Of a stretch of DNA of 64,000 nt, positions 36,546 through 49,143 are shown one piece after another. Every line of letters starts with the position of its first letter. Position 1 is the stretch's first letter. Below the pieces are notes generated by a model. That model was not told where the DNA came from and ran no database searches. It worked only from the letters and a program-made list of their open reading frames with translations. The position numbers and the translations under genes are program-made. Source of the DNA: Mytilus galloprovincialis (taxonomy: Eukaryota); NCBI RefSeq assembly GCF_965363235.1, contig NC_134847.1:64044144-64108143 (forward strand). Reading direction: 5' to 3'.

Positions 36546-39500
36546 AAACCTCATTTGAATTATTTGACAATCAAAATGTAATAAAATTTTATGTTGCTGT
36601 GTATTTGAGTAAAGGTTAGATCACATCGCTGTAGCATTTTGTTAACATTGAGAATCTGTTGTCATATCTCCTTTTCATTTTGGGTATGTTTAACGTTGTA
36701 CCAGGGTAACACATGAACAAGTAAAACTCATTAAATATGATCCATTTCATAATTTGACATCTACGTTGATCTTCATACTTAAAATTGCAAGGAAAATCCA
36801 CTTGGAGTTCTCTTTACGATAGTTTATCAGGGATTTTAAGATGAAAAAATTGTCCATCGTTGGAATGTGGGTATGATCGTTTATCGTAAATTTTGATCGT
36901 AGTTTATAATCATACTTTCAAATTGTTTGTTCATGTCTTCGTAACTGGGTAATAATTTTCTTTAGGTAAATAAATAGGGTAAAGTTAATATGTTTTAAAA
37001 AGATCAGGTATCCTGAGTATGGCTCAATTATTGTGCTCAAAGCAAATATTTTTTGTGAAGTGTTTGCCAGGGTGAAAAGTTTTAATAATGTGTGTTATGT
37101 CATCATTTTGAGGTTTGTCAATAAGATACGTTGTTTAGGTATAGTGCCTGCTCAGGAGAATTCATCTCTGTATAATAGTGATAATTTTGTCGTGTCATTT
37201 ACGTGAATTTGTTAAATACTGAATATGCAACCTGATAAAGGTGTTTTTATCAATTGAAGTGCAGATATTCAATGATATTTATGCATAAGGAGGTATAAAG
37301 AATTTCATATAACATCATACAAGAGCTTGTAAGTAATTCTTATATTTTATATTAAAAATCTTCTGTTTGTTGGTAATATTACATTAATCTTAGAATTTTT
37401 ATTAATCTTAGAAAAGGCATGATATCAAAAATGTTACTGTTTGCTGTAAATATTATTTGGATTTACGGCTTGGCTTTATACCTCTGTAGTTTTCTTGATT
37501 TTATTCATATAACACAAGATCAAGAATGATTAATTTTTAAGTTTTTATTTTTTTAAACCAATAAGTGGCACAGCTGGTACTGTACAGAGTGTCATGCCAG
37601 TGCATAGTCACTTATCACACCTTAGACATGTAAACACATCTATTGTTTTTCTGCACTATATATTTTTAGGTTGATACGTACATTCTGGTGAGAAAAAAAT
37701 TAATAAATGACTGGGGATTCATTACTTTTGACTACTGCTTCACATAAGTTGTAATAAAGAAGATGTCTGGCATAATTTATCTTTGTAATGTCACTACAAC
37801 TTCATGCTTAACCTGTGTGAAAAATGGGGCTTTCATGCTTGCATTAATAGAATTTTGTATGGAGATAATTTGTAAAAAAAATGAAGATATATAGCTGAAC
37901 CAAAACATGTACTATCTTTCTGAAATTGATGGTATTTAAAATACCAGTACTCTATCTAGAAAAAAAGTTGATTTATGTTTTCAAATATTTTATGGATACA
38001 TAGCCTACTCATATAATGTATAATGATATGGGATTAGCTCCTGGTTTTATTGTTGAAGGCTGACAATACACTAACCTAAACTTTTATATTGGTTATTCTA
38101 GGTTTATAAAATTCATTTATTAATTGCACCAATTTATCTAAAATGTGTTTAAAAAAGCCCACACTTTTATCTGCATGTGTCTGTTCCAAGAACAACTTAA
38201 CACAAATTTTCATTTTCTTTTTTAAAATAATTTTCTCTAAATTTTTATTGGGTATTTGGTTACTTTAATTTGACACTAATGACCATACCTTTGGTCATAC
38301 AATCAACTGTCAGTATAAAGGTGTACACCCCTTTGGTCAGATCTGTTAAACCGATGATGTATATTTCTTGTGCATGTTTGAAAGCAATAAGGCTGGTCAT
38401 TAGTTTACAAATGTTAATTTCACTGATGATTTACATGATTGTATTACATACATTGTAAGCTGTGTGTATAGTAATTTATGATGAGGTATGCTTAGCAGAC
38501 TGGTAGGTCATTCTGATATGTTGTGGTCTCTAAACATAAGCTAAGGATCAAATTTACATCTTTAAAGGTCTACTAAGGAGGTTTTCAAAGTGTAAGTGGT
38601 ACTGATAATTAATTTTGAATACAAATATTACAAAATTGTCAGTACATTTGAAGACACAAAAGGAAGTTTTAAACTGTTGTTGTTTACTATTAATTGGGTT
38701 TCTGTCCCCTATGATATTATGTAAGTCAGGCTGTTATTTTCTATGTTGAATTGTTTCACATTTTTTCATTATTGAGCATTTTATGGTTGCCATACAATGG
38801 GGTTTGCTCATTGTTGAGGATGGTAAACTCCAAGCATAACCTGTAATACTTCACGTCTTTGTCCTTTAGCCTTAACTTGTTATTTGTCTCATTGGCAATC
38901 ATATCGCATCTTTTTTTAAATTTAGGTGTATCTGTTTCTGATATAATTGTAATGCAGTGTAAAATATAAAAAAAAAAAAATTGAAAGAAGGGGCTGGTAG
39001 TCTCTGAGGTTGAGTTAGATGGACTATACATTTTTCACTCAATATCTTGATCTTAATAATTTTAAAACCCATTCAGTCAAGAAAACAAGGAAAACAAAAT
39101 TATAAGTGTATTGTTTTGCTGGATTTAAAGTTCTATTGATGTTATATTGAAGGTTACTTAGTAATGTGATTAATCAGGGGGAAGTTGAAATTTTATGCAA
39201 AAAATTATCTTATGGCTAAAAAATGTGTATGTTAACAAGGTAATTTATCAAACCATTAACCTCTGATGTGGTTCAAATACAAGATATTGATAGACAATTG
39301 ACCTTTGATGATGTTTAAATAAAGCATAAATCTCAGGTCAAAAGTTTGACTCCCTATGCTTTTGGCAATATAGCTATCCAAACTTGCATGTCCATTTATC
39401 AATTTAAGTTACCGATGGAAACTTTGTGTATGAAGCACTAGCAAAAATCCAATTGAATTTCAGATCAAGTAAAATATTCTTTTGGTTGTTTTTATTTGTT

Positions 39501-39659
39501 GGTTTATTTTTAAGGAGGAGGTATAGGAGTGGGATCAAATTTTCAGAAGATACAACTTAATCATAATTCTTAAATTTTGGTAAATTGCTGTCCTCAATAA
39601 GTCAATTAATGGACATGGGGCCAAGTCTGTAAAATTCTAATTAAACCCTACTTGATTCA

Positions 39660-39821
39660 CAGTGGCGGATCCAGAACTTTTCCTAAGGGGGGGGGGCCCG
39701 CTGACTGACCTAAGGGGGGCCCGCTCCAGTCATGCTTCAATGATTCCCTATATAATCAACCAAATTTTTCCCACGAATGGGGGGGGCCCAGGCCCCCCTG
39801 CCCCCCCTGGTTCCGCCTATG
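39660..39821. mobile_element. 162-bp MITE, same family (CAGTGGCGGATCCAG...), with 5-bp TSD ATTCA (copy 2)
   Basis: 5' end cagtggcggatccagaac. The 3' end ctggttccgcctatg is degenerate. The perfect direct repeat attca lies at 39655-39659 and 39822-39826. The 75-aa ORF at 39662-39889 is spurious. Confidence 0.65.
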
Positions 39822-40867
39822 ATTCAGTGATGACTTGGCAACATAACTCAAGTATAACTTCTAAGATCTTTCAGAATGACTTGTATTGAAAAAAAATTAT
39901 GTCCATCAATGTGCAGTGAAATTTGTAAAGATTATTTGATGCATCTTGATGTTTTATTTATGTTACTTAGAATGAATTAGATTATATAACATTGTGCACA
40001 CCACTAGCAGTGCACCAAGGATTATTTGTGAATTAAGTAGACATTCATTGAATTTCCTTAATCCTCAATACACTCTTTACTTTAGTAGTGGTAAAGTTTT
40101 CTGTTTTCTATAAGATTTGTTCTAGATGCCTGTGAAATTTAATCTCAACGGAAAAATTGTGCAATGTAGCACATTTAACCATTAAGAAACTTATATAACA
40201 GAGATTTGTGAAACTTGATTTGTTTTATAAGAGCCATTAAAGATGTATTTGTTGACATGAAGGTTTTAGGTTCCATAATTTAATTTGTAGGTCAAAAGTT
40301 GTCAATGGAAAATAGAACAGAAGATTAAAAGCCAAGTGCTTTCAATTACCATAGGATAAATATGGTTCAGAATAGTACATGTATATTCAAACTTTGAAGT
40401 ATATCCAAGCAATAATCATAATGGTTTTGATACAGAAGTACATGTATTATTATGTATAAGGTTGAATAATAATTAAGACTGTGTTTGCATTCTGATCTTC
40501 TGAGTATTTTGTAAAAGATATATTGGTTTGCTGCTTACTTCCGTTTTCATTGGTTCATGGAACACAAGTAAGATTATTGCATGCATGGTTCTTGTATTCA
40601 TAATTTCATTACAATTTGGAAAAACTTAAGTACATCATTTGGGTTCCTTCATTTTTTTCCCCCAACCTTCAACCTTTCATGTAAGTAGGTGTTGTAGTAA
40701 AAAACAACATAACATGTTATTTAAGGGAGTAAAAGATAAGAATCGGTCAAACAATTCAAAAGTTGTAATCAATAGCACTTTAATCTAAAGTTGACATCAC
40801 TTCTGCAGATGGTACATGTCTTAAAATATCTATGTACAAATACCAAAATAAAGTATACAAAGTTTCT

Positions 40868-41350
40868 TGTAAAGAGAATAGATACATGAGTGTTTTGGTG
40901 GGTGTAGGTACGATGTAGCAGTGATTCTCTAAGCTTGTTGTAAAGAGAATAGATACATGAGTGTTTTGGTGGGTGTAGGTACGATGTAGCAGTGATTCTC
41001 TAAGCTTGTTGTAAAGAGAATAGATACATGAGTGTTTTGGTGGGTGTAGGTACGATGTAGCAGTGATTCTCTAAGCTTGTTGTAAAGAGAATAGATACAA
41101 GAGTGTTTTGGTGGGTGTAGGTACGATGTAGCAGTGATTCTCTAAGCTTGTTGTAAAGAGAATAGATACAAGAGTGTTTTGGTGGGTGTAGGTACGATGT
41201 AGCAGTGATTCTCTAAGCTTGTTGTAAAGAGAATAGATACATGAGTGTTTTGGTGGGTGTAGGTACGATGTAGCAGTGATTCTCTAAGCTTGTTGTAAAG
41301 AGAATAGATACATGAGTGTTTTGGTGGGTGTAGATACGATGTAGCAGTGA
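40868..41350. repeat. Minisatellite, 71-bp unit x ~6.8, >97% identical copies
   Basis: The unit tgtaaagagaatagatacatgagtgttttggtgggtgtaggtacgatgtagcagtgattctctaagcttgt starts at 40868, 40939, 41010, 41081, 41152, 41223 and 41294. The only variation is catgag versus caagag. Confidence 0.9.
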
Positions 41351-43504
41351 TTCTTCATTAATCTTATGACATCATTACTACCTGTAGGGATGATACAGCA
41401 GACTATATGTCATTATTTATTTACGCTAATTGATAATATACCTGTCTTGTTTTGTCACCTGGAGCAATCGGATAACAATAGGTCACATGTTGTTCTATGA
41501 TCATGTCTTATTAAATGACCCGACCAAAAAAATGTTTGTACGTTATATTGAAGTTGTAAATACTGTAAAACTGAATCCAAAAGACAATTGGTGACAGGCT
41601 TTTTTTTCAAAGTGTGAAGCTATACTGGATAGTTTTAAAGATGTTATCAATAATACACAATTTAATTGATGAATTAAGAACAGTCTAGTGAGTAGACATC
41701 CACTTACAGCAAAGCTGGGTAGTTAGTATCTTTGAGAACAGCAATTAAAAAGTGTCCTTTTAAGGTCTTTTTTTCTGAAATCATGAAGCATATAATAGGG
41801 GTTGGGTAATTTAATTGGAAAAATCAGACACATAAGATATGAAGAATTAGAGGAAATCCTTGGGAGGAAATCAGTACAGTGATAATGCATATTAAAAATG
41901 AGTATAACAAGATATCATAGAATTACTTGTTTTTGGTTCAAATATTTTATTTTTTAACATAATAATGACACTATAAGATTCAACTTTACTGTGTATGTTT
42001 AAAACAGAATGAGAGTGCTTTTCAGATACATCAAATATAAGCACCCTAGCAAGGATGTGTATTAGTTATAAATCCTTGACCCCTAGTACTTGTTATACAT
42101 ATAGTCCACATCTCCACATGACAGAGATAAGATACAGACAAAAAGATTTCCTATCTAATTGAATCTTATGCTTGATTATGTTTAACAAATTAGTTATCCA
42201 TAAAGTATTTATAGTTACAATGATTGTTGGTAATTAATAATTGATAATTATTGTATAGTTATTTCATTATAGTATGTAGTTTTAATTGTGGATTACACAT
42301 TATTGTCAAGTCATGATAATTAATTTACAGTGAAATCATATTATGTGAATCTATCAAAAATGTGGTCAAGTTTGGACAGCGATTTGGTTTAAAGAAGTAA
42401 AATTTTATACAGATGTGCCTTCTTTATGCATTTTAATTCAAGAACTGGTTTGTTTCTTTCTAGCGTAAATAAAAATGTAAGTGAAAAAAAATCAGTACTG
42501 AGAGGTTTCACTGTAAATATTGCCCAGATGGATAAATAAATGACCTTAGTTTAGAAAACATGTGGAGTAAGAGATCCTTATAAATGAAACTTTGGATTGT
42601 AGCTTTCCTTTGGGTTGTAGGTATGTTCTATTCACTATTTTGGGCATTGTAAATTTGTGGCTTTTTTTCTTTTTTGCTTTTAGAAATTGGGACATATATT
42701 GTTTTACAATTTGATGCATATGTATTACATGGTAAAGATTATGAACAGATTTATTTGAAATCCAGTTAACCGAAAGTGACAGGAGTTTAATAGTATCTTC
42801 CATATCTATTTACTTTTTTATGAAGATTTGTATAATATTACAACTCTCAGTTTTAATGTTGGGAGTATCATTATTGTCATTGAAAACATTACACTTTGCA
42901 TGAGTAATGATAAAGATAATGCTTACAAATAGCTGGAATGAACTTTGACATATTATCATGATTATCAAATAAGCAGAACTAGAGTTGGCTATATACCAGA
43001 TTGGTATAAATACAAACAAGATACCAGATTGGTATAAATACAAACAAGAGTCATATAGTGGAGTATACATCAATGTTCCTTAACCATAAAACACAATAAA
43101 ACGAGAAAGGCATAAAAAGGTCAGTTTCAGGTCTTCAATAAAAGATATATGGCTTCACAAAAACAAAAGTTTAAAATTTAAATAATGAATGAAATTAAAC
43201 CATCTGCCATCAAGAAAGGGCAACAAATGTTATGAATTACTTCATTTCGGAAATTTCCCCATGGTGGGATATTATTTTTGGTACAGAAAATACAAACTGA
43301 GTAACAAAGGTAGTAACAAATTTGTCAAATATTTTACAATCTATTAATTTTGGTATTTTTGAATCTTAAAAAAAAATCTGAGTTATCCCCCCTTGGCTGC
43401 TTTTTAGATTTACAAATTTTTATGAATGAATTTTTCTTTTTTAGATATATAATTAAATGGATTTAAATAATGTGGATTAATTCTGTGGAATAACTTCATG
43501 ATAA

Positions 43505-43598
43505 ATGGCTGCTAAATACAGTGAAGATGTTGAAATGGAGGTGGAGGTGGACGAAGAAGAGGAGGACACGGTCAAACAAAGAATGTTAGAAAATAAAG
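43505..43598 (+). CDS. Candidate first coding exon of an unidentified gene (MAAKYSEDVEMEVEVDEEEEDTVKQRMLENK-)
   Basis: ATG in Kozak context (gataaATGG), a 31-codon acidic N-terminus, then a GTAAAG donor. No downstream exon has been identified. The antisense 63-aa ORF at 43477-43668 (Ser-rich) is its mirror artefact. Confidence 0.3.
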
Positions 43599-45496
43599 GT
43601 AAAGCTGAGGAAAAACTCAGAGAGAGTTGACTAAACATCAAATCCTTGAACTTCCTAATCATTACCAATCATTCCATGTGTTTCATGCTTCTGCAAGTTC
43701 TGAAGGGTCTTGTACTTATTGCTTGCCTCATCTCCACCACTGAGGTCTTAAAACACCAATCAGTTAGAGAAACCCACCATCATGAATTGTGCATTGGAAG
43801 TACATGACATCAAAATTCTAAACCTATCTTCTTTGCTTACACATGTTAACCTCGTACAATAATGCTGGGACAGAAAAGGAATATTGAGATAGTACAATTA
43901 CAATAAAATATGTTAAAAATGAAATCTTCCCTCACATACCTAACAAAAGAAATATTGGGTACATTGTTATATGGCAACTGACTGAATTTTCATGAAACAA
44001 AGACTTTTTTCCTACAGGTTGATTGTTAATTTGTCCCTTTTATAATATTTGTTTAGTTTAATTATCAAAGATGCAAAAAAAAAAGTTTAAATACGACCCT
44101 CTGCAGATTTTCTAAGTTGACTTTTTTTTAAATATTGATTTTCCTAGCTAAACATCTATCTTAACATGCTGTTTGACAAATGGTTTAATTAAGTGATCGT
44201 TCAATGTAGACTGAAAGTGTTCACCTATTGTATTTAATGTGTACAGTATAGGATCAAAACGGTTGGTTGTTTGCTGACCAAATAAAAGTACAAAGCACCG
44301 ACTGTGGACTTAATCTTGAGGTCATTTTTCACATTATTATGATAAATGTGTCTGTCTAAACACCTGTCGCCTTATTATGTCTGAAAGTAGGATTATTTTC
44401 ACTAAAACAAGAATCAGGCTGTTTGTTTTGCATATAAAATCTAAATAAAAGGAAGAAAGGGAGGGAACTCTGCATTCTAAATTTTGGATTAGATTCATGC
44501 CAATCTTTGTTTACCAATTATGTTAAGCAAATTCAAAATTTCCAACTTAATGACAGTACCTTGTCCAATTAATACCACAATAGGGTAATTTCATGTAAGG
44601 AAAAGTCCCTGTCTTGTATTTTGTGATTTAGGAAGATAAATGTCATGCATGACACAATTTACAAATTATTATATCGTAAACAGATTTAATCAGACCACTT
44701 GGATACTTACAGGAAAATTGGATAAAAACTAAAATTGAAACGCCCATTTCTCCCCACTTTGTCATTGAACAAGTTTCTTGGCATTTCCAGTAGATGCCAG
44801 GGATCATTATAAACGATGGGTCAATTATCTTTCTAAACTACAGGTTTTACTGTAGGTAGTATTCTAATCATATGAGGAACAGTAGCATTGGTGGAATTAT
44901 GTGGTTAATTAAACCTGGATTAGGTGTAAACTGTCAGATTAAATTTACCATAAAACACATGAATAGGTGTTAAAATACTGGGCTACTGGAGTACTGGTAT
45001 TGTTATTCAAGATGTATACCTAAAGTTTTCTTGTTTTTAAATGAATTTCAATAAATTTTTAAAGAAAAATTTAGAACTGTCAGTTAACTGAAATCGGGAG
45101 TCACATTTTTATCTATATAATGTAAGGGGCAAGCTTTGGTTATCTGTAACATGTTTGAATATAAAATTATCACATTTACATTTTATCTGTGTTCCCCATG
45201 GCTAATTCAAGGAAAGGGGGGTGGGACTCCGGGTGAGGGTGTTAAACTGCTTTATAATTTTTGGCAGATCTGTACCTTCTTCTGTAGTTAACAGTTGTAT
45301 GTTACAAATCACAAGCTCATGGAATCTGTCACCAACTTTTGGCCTTTATTAAGTAAGGGGACCCAACCCATATAGAGCTATTCCTTATTTCTCTAACCAT
45401 TAACCTGACATTAACCCTACTTAGCCTGAACCCTAAAACACCTACCTAGAATTAACCCTAATCTAACATCCCGATAGTAAAAAAAGGCCCAAAGGA

Positions 45497-46062
45497 GAAG
45501 GTCAGGTAAGGGCCAATTTTGGCCTCAAATTTCTGATTCGTCTAACGAAATATTTTGGACACTTTTTAAACACTTTAGGGTCTATTTCAATTAGTTTATG
45601 TCAATGATTTTAACTGATAAAGTCATTACAAACGCTCCGATTCAATCTAATATATGAAAAATCTATCAAATATGCAAAAAATCGTCACTTTTCAGATGGT
45701 TTTTGTCAAAAATGAAAGTGGCTGCATCTGTGTTCATCCTCCACCTTTATATATGTTATGTATTATCATCAAATACAACTTACATTTCAATATTATGAAT
45801 GAACACGAATGCGGCCACTTTTGTTTAAGACAGAAACCGTCTAAAATTTAACAAAAAATCTAAAATTGTGAAGATTTTAGTAATTGAGCATGACTTAATG
45901 ATGTTGATATATGTGCATTGTATTGTCAAAAACAGCCCATATTTGTGTAGCAGAAGCATTCTTCTTTCCAATAAATAGCTAAAAGATTACATTTTCACAA
46001 TTTTGTAAAACTGCTATATTTTGGGGCCAAAAAGAGGTCTTACTGAACCTACTCCTTTGCAT
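45497..46062 (-). mobile_element. Second copy of the ~585-bp TIR element, opposite orientation
   Basis: The reverse complement aligns along the whole length with 25702-26286 at roughly 85-90% identity, including the internal hairpin (45720-45830). The paired ORFs at 25914-26111 (-) and 45654-45851 (+) are homologous translations of the hairpin region and are not genes. Confidence 0.65.
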
Positions 46063-47582
46063 AAGTCTGCTGTCTGCAGATCCGGGGAGGTTTTGGGGCT
46101 GGAACAGCACCCAACCCCCTTCCCCCTTCTTTTTGACTTATTTTATATATGTGAACGCTTTAACTCCTTTTCCAATGTGACTGGATCAGCCACTGACATA
46201 AAATATTTTTACATCCTTGTATCTAATTTTTGTTTGGTTAATAATGTTATTGCACTTCTTCAATCAAATGTATATAGGTATGCAGGTTATTCATTTGTAA
46301 GCAGCTGAATAAGCCTTTTGATGTGATACATGCCACGATTTGTTTGTTTTTTTCAGATTTGTTTGTTTTTTTCGTATACTGGAATGGATTAGGTTTAAAA
46401 ATTTTAAATGTTATAGCGATGAAAATTTAACCCAATCAAATGTACTTTATTATAGTATTTGACTTAATTTTCATTCTTTTGTTAAAAACCATGTGAAATC
46501 TGTAAGTTTACGACAAAATTGATTTGATTTATATGACCTCATTACACATCTTTATGTTTTGTTGACATTTTATTTTGAAATTTTATGGATTTATTATTTC
46601 GAAATTTCCAGTCGAAAAAGCAGACTTTAATTTGAAAATAATTTTAATTTTATTTGTATTTTTTTAAGCTATATTAGTTAGATTGACTATTTAATTGAGT
46701 GATTCTCAAAATGTAAAAAAATAACAGTGGGACTTGAGAATATAAACTAAAGTGGATAGAAAATATTAAAGAATTACTCTAGGACCCTTCTTACATAGAA
46801 TTTGAAACTTTGAGAAAATACAGCCATAGGAAATGAGTTATAAAAGAAATTGCTTTCTTTTTTGTCCTTGTGTTGGCTATATTAGTCTTAATTTGTTGTG
46901 TCCAAATACTTTTGTGGAACCTTATACAAATTTACAAAGAAAAACGTATTGAGACCTTTTCTATTTGCTACAAATTTGTCTTCATTGTGTTTTTTTGGCA
47001 TGTTTGTTTTGGACATTTTTTCAGAAATCATACAGTTAATAATTGAATTTGTCTCCATTTACTCTTGGGAGCATGTAAAGATTTGTCAACAGAACCCAAT
47101 TAGCCTCTCTTTGAACTCTTAATATTGATTCTTCTGGTATTAAAGATAACATCCGTAAAAGGTTTTATTTAAACGATCAGTCTTTTTATAATTCCTTTAG
47201 AATAATTAACAACAATCTTTTAATTTTGCATCAGATTATGCTTAAGTTGGAATTTACATTGTGTTTTCAATTTTGTTGTCTGTTTTAGTGTTGTTTCATG
47301 GAAACTGTTACAGTTGCTCTGGGAAATGTACAAAACTAAAAAATAGCATTGTAAATATTAATGGTGATGAAATTGTCAGAATAGTTTTTAAGTCCACAGG
47401 AACACATTGAAATATTTTGTTGCCAGAGATAGCACAAAACACATAAACCAGAGCATAAATATTCATGCACAAAAATATTCATTTTCTATAGAAGATAGTT
47501 TATTCCCTTCACATAGTTTATTCCCTTCACATGTCTGTTTGTCACGATAATTTATGAACATAAGGTCTCTATATCCTACTTT

Positions 47583-47720
47583 CTATAATAAAATCGAGAA
47601 TGGAAATGGGGAATGTGTCAAAGAGACAACAACCTGAACAAAGAGCAGAAAACAATGAAGGCCACTAATGGGTCTTCAACACAGTGAGAAAATCCCTCAC
47701 CCAGGGGTATGCTACAGCTG
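47583..47720 (-). repeat. SINE-like repeat family A, minus-strand copy
   Basis: The reverse complement reads gggccagctgtagcatacccctgggtgagggattttctcactgtgttgaagacccattagtggcc...ttgttgtctctttgacacattccccatttccattctc. Confidence 0.7.
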
Positions 47721-49143
47721 GCCCCTATACAAAAATGTGTACTAGTTTAGTAATTATTATAATGGAGGCCATACTGAACTAGGTTTCGGGGTTCAAATAC
47801 TAAAAATGGAATAGGAATATTAAACATGTTAAAGTTGTAATTAAGGTTGAAGCTTGACTCTTTGAGCTAGTGAATCATAATCCAAAGTCTGCCCCCTCAG
47901 AAACATTCTGCATAATGCCTATGATATCCTCATCATATATCTTGTACCAAACCTAATTTTTAATGATTATAAATGTTTACCAGTGTATAAACAAAAAAGC
48001 TAAAGTTAATGCAACAAAAGCAATGAAATATGCAGTTGTAACAGATTTCAGGAGATGAAAATCCAATTTTTCACAACTTGATAAGTAAATAGAAAACCAG
48101 GAATTACTAGTTATGAATAAAAAAATTGGGGAAAAACCTTAAAGAATATTTAGTGTAACTTTTCAAGATAAAAATTTTACTGCTTAAGATGCACATATTG
48201 ATGATGAATGTTGAAGTGTATCAACAAAATAAAAAAATGGGCGCCCTGATCGATTTTAACATCTAAAACAATACAAACTATGGGTTCTATTCACTTTAAT
48301 CATATACATTTACGAGAATAAGGGCTAGCTAAAATTCATGTATATATGAATGTTGTTGTCTGGTGTAAAACAAGTCTCCTATCTAAACTCGTAAACAGTT
48401 GAGTGTTTGTGTATGTGTCCATATAAAACTGGTTATAGGTATGATGGCCAATATGTAAACTGGTTTGTTTGACCTTTCCAAACTAGGTTATATCATTTCT
48501 CTTAAGTTATAATCTGAGATAGTGTCATGTCATATTTGTCATATACCATACTTGTCTCAGATTTTTAGATAAAGGAGATTTTATACAGATACCCTGATTT
48601 GTTATCTTAGATGTGAAAATGACAGAATGTTGTCCTGAATGTGAAATTATGATATATAAATTTAGAAGAACACTCAATATGTGTCAATCATAAGAATACT
48701 TTTTTAGTTTTCATTGAAAGAAATATTTTTTTGAGAATTAAAGACAGATTCTGATAATTTTACCAAAGATTTGTTTATTATATTACAGGTCGGAAAAGGA
48801 TTTTAAGAAGCCATCTAACATTCCATCAATTAATCAGTCAATAAATATTAAAGGTGCCTGTAAAGTAACGTAAAAAATTGTTATGCAGATTTTGTGAATA
48901 AAATATCCAAATTAAAGTGCTTCTTTTCAAACCTAAATTTTATTTCATAATCCTTCCTATGCATTTTGGTGCACCTCCATATCAATTACCATTTACACCA
49001 GTTTTCACCCTTGTGCAGGAGTTATCTCCCATTCTTACATAATTATAACAGTAACCTGTAAAAGATAAGTAATATTGAATTATCTCCAATTTTTGTGCTG
49101 TAATTTTTTTTGTATGCTTTTTATGTAATTTTTTTTTGTTTTT

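Noticed and set aside
39662-39889. 75-aa ORF with a Gly/Pro-rich peptide
   Set aside because: A translation artefact of the G/C homopolymer-rich MITE at 39660-39821.
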